Source: Psammoneis japonica (Eukaryota). Taken from it: a stretch of 64,000 nt of DNA. Position 1 is the stretch's first letter. Every line of letters begins with the position of its first letter. Shown in pieces: positions 37,001 through 47,516 of this stretch. The notes below the pieces were generated by a model, which had not been told where the DNA came from, searched no databases, and was given only the letters and a program-made list of their open reading frames with translations. The translations under genes were made by a program, and so were the position numbers. The stretch covers positions 62,001 to 126,000 of the forward strand of contig QPGO01000056.1 of NCBI GenBank assembly GCA_008632985.1, given 5' to 3'.

Positions 37001-37599
37001 ACCCAGATGAGAGTCTTGTCAAAACAGGCAAGATGGTGCTGCAAGAGAAATGTGATGAAAAGCTGTGAGCAGGGCACACAAAGCATGTGGTTGGCAACCC
37101 ATGAATGACAACAACAAACAACCTCACTGATGCCATCGGTGCAACAATGAATGTCAATGTTGTCATTGCAACAACAAATGTTGATGCTGTCATTGCAACA
37201 CCAAATGAAAATGCCACTGTTGCAATGCATGAGGCCAACAATGTTGTTGCAACAACCAGCGCTGACACGTCACCACTCCAAGACTCTTGCAGCATTCTGA
37301 ACAGATCTTTGATTGCGGCATGATCACTGTGAAAGCAAGCTTCATCAAGCATTTTCTTGCATTTCACTGTGGTTCCATGGATTTCAAAGTTAGCTCCAAC
37401 ACCCTTTCTGACATTTTGAAAGGTGCCCAAATCACGCTTCTTTGAAAGCTTCTTCTCCCCTTCTTCTGTGGTCCTGGGCACTCTGGCAATCTGCATCTGT
37501 GAAACGTGACTTGCTGCTCTTCTTTGCGGTTGGCTTGAAGATGGTTGAAGCCACGCACAAAAGCCAATTGTTGACAGCTTCTCCACAAGGTGGTCTTTG

Positions 37600-39360
37600 C
37601 ACCAATGAAAGCACTGTGGCCCCATGGTCCAAGCTTTGTGACTGCAGCAGCCCAGCCCCGCGGTGCATGGACCCATGCAGAGTGATGCAATGATGCCCGT
37701 GCTTCAACCAAGGTTGTGTTTGTCCTTGTCAAACAAAGTCTCCTCCACTCGCAGCACAAGCAATGTCAGATGCAGCCGTCAACGAGCTTGTTTGCCTGGA
37801 TCTGTGTTTCGTTTTGTGCTGGAATTGGTTGTCATGGATGCGGGTTATTTTGCCAGGATGTGCAGCAGCTTTCTGTCCTCCAAGAAACAGATGGCATGAC
37901 AGCACAGCTGTTTCTCCTCATGCACATGATGCTGCAATGACCCCCCAACACTTTTCTGACCAATGTTTCCGCCAATGTGAGCAAAGCATTGATGTGTTGT
38001 AGACTCGGGTGGTTCAGGTTTTTCGGTGCAATTGTTGTCAAAGTCATCACTGAACTTTCTTCCAGCAAACAAGTTGTGGCAGTCCTTGAGGTGCTTCTCA
38101 ATGTGGCAGCTCCGTGGATCCAAAATGAACGGGTTGATCAATTGGTTGTTCAAGATTCAGAGAATGGATTCTTTGCCATTGTTGCATTTTGTCTCAATTT
38201 GTTTGAATGATCCACTGGTCTTCTTGCCTCAATTGCATGCATGACACAGCTGGGGAATGGAAGAGAAAAGGTTTTGGAAGCCTCGTGGTGACCGCCTCAT
38301 TTCATCACGTGACATGGCGGATCCCATGTCATTTGCTGCATTTCCACCATGTGCACTCAAGCAGTCTTTTAATTCAGCAACAGCACATTCTTCCACTTCC
38401 TTGTTCTTTGGCAGCAAGAAGCTGGCTGTGCTGTTAATCTCCTCTTTCAAATGATGCAGCAGCTGCGATGCACCTGTCAACTCCAGTGGTTCTTTTTCCT
38501 TCTTGGAAAATTCCTTGCATGTTCGTGGATTGATCAATCCACCCAAATGCTGCCTTGTCCTTTCAGTCAACCACTCTGTCATTTTGCCAGACTGCACAGC
38601 ATTGCTGTTGCTGTCGCAACAGCAACACTCTTCACAACATGTCACAATGTCACAAATGTACGTTTCGCACTGTTCCACAGCATGCAAGTCCTTGTGAACA
38701 TTTTTGTGTTGAGTTTTGAGCTAAGATGGAAAGCAAAGCTAGACACCAGCAATTCAACTGTCAAACCTGGACAACTCAACATTGAAGGGAGTGTGCATCA
38801 GCCACCGATTTCTTCCCAGCACCGTGTGCTTCACTTTTGTCTGGCGTGTGATCACATCCGAAACAAGCTCCACAAATCTGGAGCACAACATGGCAGATGG
38901 ATTGTTTGCTTTGAGCTCTGGACTGTCTGGAGTTGATGTGAGATCAAAGCATTGAAACTCCTCTCTCAAACAGCTGTCAACTGCCACGACACACTGGTGC
39001 CCAAGTGCAAGGAGATCGCTGTCACCCATGACTGCAGCATGCGGACGGCTGCTGTCATCATTGTTGATCCCAGACAGGCGGCATTGGTGATCTGCCTCTC
39101 CACATGCAACAATGGAATCAATGCCAAGGTTGTCGCACACCTTCTTTGTCATCACTGTGAACAATGGATCCATTCAACTGCTTGATTGTTTGCCTGGTTC
39201 AGCAGCTTCTCGGCGGGGCATTGCGATGCTCATGTTCATGGCTCATGGCGTTTGTTGGCCAAGTCTTGACCATCAAAGACCACAAACATGTTCCACTGAC
39301 ACATGCATTGGAAGTGACAAATCTTGCGAGCAAAACATCTTGAGGTGCAAGACATGATGC
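37600..39360 (-). pseudogene. Degenerate XPG/FEN1/EXO1-type 5' nuclease domain with a downstream SWIM-like finger
   Basis: LGIDSIVACGEADHQC...AAVMGDSDLLALG (ORF 38754-39173) matches the XPG I-region EAD/DSD motifs. CTAGLGCCSH at ~37640-37670. Confidence 0.65.
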
Positions 39361-39886
39361 AGCTTCAGAGAAGGCCTGACACATCAAACAACACACTGTT
39401 TTTCCCAAAATTCAGATGGCAAAACGTTTTTGGCCTGTTCTGGGGCAAAGGCACTGGTGGCAGAAGTCCATGGATTCCCATGGGGCTGCTCAGAGATGAT
39501 GCTTGGCACAATTGCTTTGGCGAGTGCACCTCGACGTTGTGCCGAAAATCCAGAAAAAAGTCAGTGCTGTCACAAACAGTGATTTTCGTCTGCACGTCTT
39601 CCGCCAAAAAAGGTCTGTTAAAAACACCCACCTCGTGTCGTTCGACGAGGCGAAATGACCCAATTCCGACCGTTGGGTCATTTGTGGCCGTTTAAATGTT
39701 TGAACATGCTTGCACGAGCATGAGAGCAATGGTCGTTTCTCTTGGTTCACTCCCATCGACTCATTCTTCCGAAGAGCAACCAAGAGCAACAGCCGGTCTA
39801 GACAGTTTTTAACACCATCACTGCGGCAGAGGATGCCTTCCGCCGTCGCTCACGTTTTGTTTGCAGGAGAAGCTTTGTCGCTGCAC

Positions 39887-42110
39887 GATGAACAATCAGC
39901 AGCCACCAGCACCACAGGCGCAAGTGCCCCAGAACCCAAATCAGCAGAATGCGCAACAGCCTGCTGCCACTCAAAATCAACCAGCACCACCACCGCCACA
40001 GGTGCAAGTGCCACAAGCCGCTGCAGTGCAGCCACCACAAGGACAAGCACCGCAAGCCGCACCACAAGTGCAAGCCCCTGGAGTCCCTGCAGTGCCGCGA
40101 GTGGCACCAGTCATCCAGAGCTGCCGTGATTGTCACCTCACGGCGACCAACGACCCACACGCTGGAGAGCATGCCGAAGCCATGTTGGATTTTGCCGCTC
40201 CACTGCAAGGGCAATCGCGACACAACCCGGCAAATCTCCACGCCCGAGTGGCCGCCGCCTCAAGCCACAATCAACCCATGGCCATTGCCACACACTGCCG
40301 TGCGGCGGGTGCAGCAGATGAAGGGCACATCCAAATTGTGCGCCGACTGTCAACCCATCCGACCACGGTGGTCGGTACACCCGAACCGTGGGACGACCAA
40401 ACTTTTGCCATTTTTGGCGATCTCATGCTTGGTCAGTTTACATTGGTCGAGTCAGGCGACGACGCCTTTAATTTGGTGCCGCAAGGAACATGGGTTCTGA
40501 ATCATGCGGCGCTTCAAGGGCACATCGCCACAACACCCGAGGGCCTGCACCCACATGTGCTCGCCCAAGCAGCGGAGTCTGAAGAAGTGCGCACTCGAAA
40601 CGCCATGTTTGTGCCATTTGAGTTCGTAAATCTCCTCATGGCGCAACCCTTGTGCCCAAAGGACGCTCATCGCCGCATTCACGGCGCCACACAGACAGCT
40701 GACAAAGTGGCTGCAATTGCGCCACTGCCAGACTTCCTTCGAGTGGCGTGTTGCGCCACTCTCAACGCGCCGATGCAATCCGCCGTTGCCGTCACTTGGC
40801 CGAGCATGACTCGGCCGCCCAACGAAGCGCCAGTGCGCCATTTTGATCCCAAGGTCAAGCGCGACATTCCAGGTCGCACGGGACGAGCCCAGGTGCAGGC
40901 ACCACAGTTCCAACCTGCAATTGCCACAACAGAGGGGCTCACCACCGAGCAGCGCCGTGCACGCACCGATGCCAAGGATCGTCAACGAGCTGCGGTGCGA
41001 GGCAAGATGCCGAACGAGTTCTTCGGCGATCACGGTGTCACCAAGCTGTTGCGCTGGTGTCAGATCTACAACGAGGCCGCACTGCCACCTTCATGGGCGG
41101 CACTCGCCGCAGCACCCAAGACGGGGCGCCTCGCCGTCATCCAAAACGCCATTGACGAGCAACGCCAGGCGCTGGGCGTGCATTTTGACGTGCCCGTCAC
41201 GGTGAGTTCATCACCAAGCTGGTCCAATTGGATTTTGCCGGCTACAACCAAGAAGAGCCGACTCAGGCATTGCGCCATTCTTGTTTGGACTCACAATGCC
41301 CGAAGCCGCCGAACAGATTTCCTGCCAGAGCGCTGTGTGTGAGCATGTTCACAGCGGTGCCGGCGCCCCTTTGCTTCCAGACGTCCAGCTGTTGGAAGCA
41401 CCGGACAAAGTGCTGGCAGCCACCACCATGCAAGCCGCCCAGCAGTCATGCGATGGGCATCGCCTCCTCCCATCCGCTGCACCAGGGGACAACCACCCAG
41501 TGGTGCACTGGCTCAGCCGACAGCGTCACAACATGGACCGACATGCCGATGAACTTGCAGTGCAGCATGCACTCCATGCCACCCTCCCAGCTGATTTCCA
41601 GTGCTGCGCTCAAGTCGAGATCCGGCACTGGTTTCGCACACAATCCAATGCTCTGCAAGAAGTGCCGTTCACCCCCTTGGAAATCGTGCACCAGGCGGCC
41701 AAAGGCACGTTGTGCTGGTGCTTCCACCTCCCGGCCACTGTGCAAGCTGCCGTGCCACTTGCTGCTGCCATGCCAGACCCACGTGGCCCCACGCAACCAG
41801 CGCCAGCACCACGAGACACCTCTAACTCGCCGGGCAGCAATGGCATCGTGCGCAATCCATCGCACGACCAGCGCTTCAGCAAATTGCGCGATTGTCCCAA
41901 CGTGCGCTCTCGTGATGTCAAGATGCGCTGTGCACGGGAAAAGATCGACCCGCCTGCCGATGACCAAGGCCGCACGCGTTGCTGTCCCTGCCACTGCAAG
42001 GGCCAGTGCAACACCAATTGTGGCTCTAGTCATGATCATCGCAATGACCATTCTGACGATGAGCAAGCTCGCCTCCTCAAATGGGGAGAGGAGCACTGGA
42101 AGACCGAACA
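39887..42110 (+). pseudogene. ORF1 (gag-like) of the YR retrotransposon, frameshifted near 41.2-41.3 kb
   Basis: P/Q-rich N-terminus (ORF 39861-41342). It continues in ORF 41281 up to a Cys/His finger, RCCPCHCKGQCNTNCGSSHDH. Confidence 0.7.
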
Positions 42111-44330
42111 GGTCTTCGGCAATGGAGCAAGTTCGGGGACTTGCCTCCAAGAGCCACCCTTCGCACCGGCCAAGAGGCCGATGCATCCACAACCCCCGAC
42201 TGTGGAGAGTTCAAAGCGTCAGCGCACCCGCCCCGCCACACGCGGACAGGATGTTGCTGTCGCCACCCACAATGACAAACTGGGTGAGCACATTAAAAAT
42301 GACACGTCTTTAATGCGTCGTCGAGGTCTCAGTTACTTGTTGCACCAACGTAGCGGCAGAGGCGACTGGGGAAACCTGCACCGGGTCCAACAACACCCGG
42401 CACACCGGTTGCTTTGGAACTGCAAGTGCCGAGGAGCACCAATCACCGTCGCCGACAAGCCTTGGACACAAGCTGAGCTAGACACTAGCATCGCCAGGGG
42501 CCCCCACAAGTCCGCCCATGAACACATCGAGTTTTTGCGAGAAGACATGGCCGACATGGTCGAAAAGGGCTTTTGGGTCGTGCCACCCTACTCCGAGGTT
42601 CGCAACACACCAGGATTGCGCCTCAGCCCCATCGGCGTCGTACCACAACATGGCCGACGTCCTCGCCCTGTCGTAGACTACACCCACTGCGGGCACAACA
42701 CTTCCACGCAACCCAATGCACCCATGGAAGCCATGCAATTTGGTTGCACGCTAGACCGTTTGCTTCGCCGTGTCCTTCTCGCCAACCCTGCCAAAGGCAA
42801 AGTCCACCTCATGAAAGTCGACCTTGCCGATGGCTGTTGCCGCATGCAACTGGTTCCAGAGCGTGCGCCCCTCCTAGGAGTGGTGTTCCCCAGTGCTCCG
42901 GGGGAGCCACCACTTGTTGCCATCCCAACTAGATTGCCCATGGGCTGGGCCAATTCACCGCCGCTGTTCTGCGCCGCCACAGAAACTGTTGCCGATCCAG
43001 CCAATCTGGATCTTGTGCACAACGTCCAAGCTCCACCTCATCCGCTGGAGCATCTGCTGGACAGCCGCCCCGAACCACACCAACCCACGCCTGTTCATGA
43101 CCCAGCCCACGCCGTGCCTGCCCCTGCTCGCCCGGATCCCCATCTCCGTCCGGACCGACGCCGTCGCCTGCAGCACATCGACATCTGTGTTGATGACTTT
43201 ATGGGCGCCGCCCAAGGCTCGCACTCAGCATGCCGCAACGTCCACAGGGTTCTACTCCACATCCTGGACGACACATTCCGGCCACTCGATTCACACGACC
43301 GTCCCACCTGCAAGGAGCCTGTCTCCGTCAAAAAGCTCCGCAAGGGTGACGCGACTTGGTCGACACAGAAAGAAGTTTTAGGATGGATCATTGACACTCT
43401 GTCAATGACCCTGCACCTCACCCCACGCCGACGCGCCCGACTTCGCCAAACGCTGCACCAGGACTTTCCCCGCACACGCAAACGTGCCGACACCACCGAT
43501 TGTCACAAGTTGCTCGGCGAACTCCGTTCCCTCGCACTGGCCATCCCAGGCTCTCGAGGGCTGTTCTCCGAGCTCCAACACAATCTCCGCAACACCAATC
43601 CGGACTCCCGAATCCGGATCAGCAACCATTGGCACTGCGCCCCAGACGATTTTCGTGCCCTCGAACCAACGTTGGAACACCGACCCGTTCGCATCCAGGA
43701 ACTGGTGCCTCTCCCACCAACCATCACCGGCTGCCACGACGCAGCAGGTCATGGAGCTGGCGGCATCACACTCCCCACTGACACTGCCACACCTCGCGCC
43801 GCGACTCTACACTTCAGCAACGGACGCAAATGTCAACAATGCGACGCAGGCCCCATTGTTTGGCGCCAACCTTTCCCGAAAACTGTCGCTGCACTCTTGT
43901 CCACCTGCCGCAATCCCCGTGGCCCCATCACCAACACTGACTTGGAACCAGCTGGGGGCGCAATCCAGTCACACGCAGCCGCCGATTGCTTTGACATGCT
44001 CGAGCGCACACATTTGTCTCGCACCAACAACTCGGGAACCATGTGCTGGGAATGCAAAGGCTCGACGATGACCATCAAGCCAGCTGCCAAGCTCCTTTGT
44101 TTTCAAGGCCATCACCAATGATGCCACCGCCATGTCAGCCTCTATGACTGCTGGCCGGGTTTCCTCAACACAGCCGCCAACGATGCATCTCGTCTCCAGT
44201 CCCTTGCCAACCATGAATTTTTGCGCCATTTTAATCTCTGTCATCCGCAGAAACTCTCCTGGCACCTTTGGACGCCGCCACCCGAGCTGATTTCCTTTGT
44301 GATCTCGACGCTGCTCAACACGCCGTGGCC
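42111..44330 (+). pseudogene. Reverse transcriptase / RNase H of the YR retrotransposon
   Basis: LSPIGVVPQ..RRPRPVVDY, KVDLADGCCR, LPMGWANSPP, HIDICVDDF (YVDD>CVDD), LGWIID, HDAAGHGAGG, ITNTDLE. The in-frame TGA at 44119 is followed by an NTAANDASRL RNase H tail. Confidence 0.92.
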
Positions 44331-45422
44331 CACGGTGTCACCTCTAGCCGAGCCTCCGCCGCCAATGCCCACTGGGACAAATGGCGTGAGTTCTGCACCA
44401 CTGTGGCCCTCGACCCATTGCTCCAAGATGTCGACGACCCTGTTGTCTTCCTGCAAGTCTTCCCACACCGCTGCAGAACTGGAGTCATCGCCCCACAAGG
44501 CAATCCCATCTGCGGCCGCACCGCTGAGGATGCCGTGTGGTCGGTTGGCCAAACGTTCGCTGCGATGGGGGCCCCAGACCCACGCCACACATCCCAAGGC
44601 AACATGGATTTCAGACTTGCCCGCCAAGTCCGTTTCCACAAGAAACAGGATCCTCCCCCGGGCCAAGTCAAACCCGTCCCGGTGGCTGTGCTCATGTGGA
44701 TTGTGCACGCAGCAGCCAACAGCAATGATCCGGGCACCCAAGCTGTCGCCGACATGATCGCCACAGCTTTTTTCTTTTTATTGCGTCCCGGCGAACATGC
44801 CACGATGCCGTCGGATGCTGCCCCGTTCCGACTGGCAGACGCACGCTTGGCAGCCGGAGGCGTCTACCTTGACACCTTCCAAGCTACGCATGCCCAACTC
44901 GACGCTTCCACCTTCGCCACCCTCACGTTCACTGCTCAAAATAACGGAGCACCAGGCAAAGTTCTCGGCTCAGGCTTGTCTGGTCACCCAAACTTGTGCC
45001 CTGCCCAAGCCTCAATCCGTCACGTCAAACACTTGCGCACCCATGGCGCGCTGCCTGACACTCCCCTTGGCATCCATTTCCACAACAACGCCTGGTGGCG
45101 CATGTCGCCGGCCGATGTCACCAGCGTTCTGCACAACGCTGTCATTGCTCTCGGTCTGGCAACCCTTGGTTTCACCACAAGGGACATTGCCGCTCGGTGT
45201 CTTCGCACCTCTGGCGCCATGGCACTGCTTTGCGCCCAAGTTGACACCAATCTCATTCGGCTCTTGGGCCGCTGGCGGTCTGACGAGATGCTGCGACACC
45301 TGCACCTGCAGGCCGAACCCATCATGCGCAACTTCGCCCGCGACATGCTCGCAGGTGGCGATTTCGTCCTCCACCCCAATGCTGAAGTGCCTGTGAACCC
45401 GCAAGATCCCGTCCAAGACTGA
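44268..45422 (+). pseudogene. Tyrosine recombinase of the YR retrotransposon; catalytic Tyr replaced by His
   Basis: FFFLLRPGEH (box I), ARCLRTSGAMAL, LGRWRSDEMLRHLH. The codon at the catalytic Tyr position (45297-45299) is CAC. Confidence 0.92.
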
Positions 45423-46799
45423 TGTCGCCACCAGCCCTCCAGCCTCCGCCCACCCACCCACCCAATGGTGCACACCTCTACAGTGCCATGCACTGTGGTG
45501 GTGCTGGAAGGCCCTGCCATTCCAGCTGGGGTTTGGGAGTGAGGCTTGTGCATCTGCTGGCAAAGCCACCCCAGTCCTGTTTCGCCAAGTTTTAGAAGCT
45601 CTAGCTTCAGCTAGAGAGCCACAGGAGAAGGAACGAGAAAGGCGGCATGAGCCGCCTGCCTCGNTGTCGTTCGATGAGGCGAAATGACCCAATTCCGACT
45701 GTTGGGTCATTTGCAGCCGTTTAAATGTTTGAACGTGCTTGCACGAGCATGAGAGCAACGGTCGTTTCTCTTGGTTCGCTCCCATCGACTCATTCTTCCG
45801 AAGAGCAACCAAGAGCAACAGCCGGTCTAGACAGTTTTTAACACTCCCACCTCTCCCGCCCTCTGGCCCTTCCGTTCCAGCTGGGGTTTGGGAATGAGGC
45901 TTGTGCATCTGCCAGCAAAGCCATTCCAGTCCTGTTTTGCCAAGTTTTAGAAGCTCCAGCTTTGGCTAGAGAGCCACAGGAGAAGGAACGAGAAAGGCGG
46001 CATGAGCCGCAAAGACGCATGCGTGCATTGCTCAAATGGGTGCACAATTTAAAACAGTGGAAAATTGGAAAAAATGCAAACGTTGAGTTGCACGTGGGCC
46101 TCACCACAATGACGGTGTGTGGGTCGACATGAATTGCAGCAATCTGGGAGAGGTGGACAATGGCCAAATGGGAAGATCACTTGCAAAAATGGATTCATCA
46201 CACAACTTGTTCCCTGCCACAAACCGGCTGGGACAACACACAAAATTTGAGAAAAGCGGCAGTGACACCCTGTCAAATGGGAAGGCAATGGACAAACCGA
46301 TTGCAGAGGGAGTGAGGACTCAAGATGTTGGGAGTGCAGAGTCAAGCAGCAAGTTGGGTTGACAACAGTGGGAGGATGAAGACAAGGACTGTCACCAACC
46401 AGCAGCAAATGGGCTGTGGTGTGGTTCTGTGCAGTTGCCACCAGCCCAGCTCCTGTGGGGTTGTTGAACTTGCAAAGAAACAAGCATGGGGAGTTGAATT
46501 GTTTCCAGCTGTTGAGAGGTGGCGGGAGTTCAACAGCGACACACCAACAGAGGGACATCATGTCATGGATTGGGCTCCAGCAGTGGGTGAAAAATTGATG
46601 GGGTCCATGTTGACAGAGGTGGTCAATGAAAGTGTGTGGCCATGTCAAAAGTTCATCATCTTCAACAGGGAGTTGGTGGCAGGAGGAGAGTGCATGAAAA
46701 TGGTTCTCCAGGAATTGAGGAGCATGGCATTGATGCTGGAGACAAAAAGCCAAACAGGAAAAGAAACAATGCACAAGACAATGTGAGAAAGAGGGTGAC

Positions 46800-47516
46800 A
46801 GATGTGAAAGTGTGACAATTGTGTGTGACTGTTGAGGACAAGAGAGACTGAATGTTGTCTCTGCATTCCTTGCTTTCTCCAATGCAGTTTTTGCTTTGGA
46901 AGGGAACCTGGTGGAGTTTGAAGATTTGCACAAAGGCAGGGATGACAAGGACATGCGCACATGGTTCTTGGAGATGACAGTGCCTGCGGTGATGGGCCAA
47001 GCACAGTTTGGAAGGAGCACATCAGATCTGCTCAAAGAGTGGCTGACAACATCTTCTGAGGCCTTTGCTCTGCTGCTGCACACAAACTTCTGTGACAAGG
47101 TCATTGACACAGCAGGGATGTTGGAGAAGAAGGACAACAGAACAAGGAGCAGAAAGCTGATGATGATGGGTGCAAAGAATGCCAAGTGCATGGCAAAGGC
47201 TTGGGAGGAATTGGCAAAGAGGAGCCAAGGTTGGAGCAAGGCGGGCATCGTGAAGCACAATGAGCTGTGTGCGTGGGTGGTGCAAGACTGGGAGAAGAAT
47301 GATGGATTTGGTGTGTGGTTCAAGGAACAGAGATGCACAAAGGCTGAATTGTCAAAGGAGGTGGAGAAGAAACACAAGAGGGAAGAGAGCAAAAAGAAGA
47401 AGAAGGAGGAAGGGTGGGATGCCCCAATGGGAGAGGCACTGCCATTGCAGTGGGTGGCTGCCAACGATGGCACAAATGAAGCAGCAGCAATGGCGACCCA
47501 CCAAACTGCTGTGTGA
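46800..47516 (+). pseudogene. Degenerate TE-associated ORF (SEAFALLL...GWS..G..NEL motif family)
   Basis: ORF 46896-47516: LTTSSEAFALLLHTNF ... GWSKAGIVKHNELCAWVVQD. Confidence 0.5.

Larger units (their letters stand above)
39627..46010 (+). mobile_element. Full-length Ngaro-like tyrosine-recombinase (DIRS-order) retrotransposon with split direct repeats A1-ORFs-B1-A2-B2
   Basis: A1 ~39627-39815 = A2 ~45655-45844; B1 ~45510-45655 = B2 ~45865-46010. Gag-like, RT/RNase H and YR ORFs lie in between. Confidence 0.93.

Noticed and set aside
37123..37258. Degenerate ~27-bp tandem repeat (4-5 units)
   Set aside because: A low-complexity minisatellite within a decayed ORF, with no spacer structure or other sign of function.
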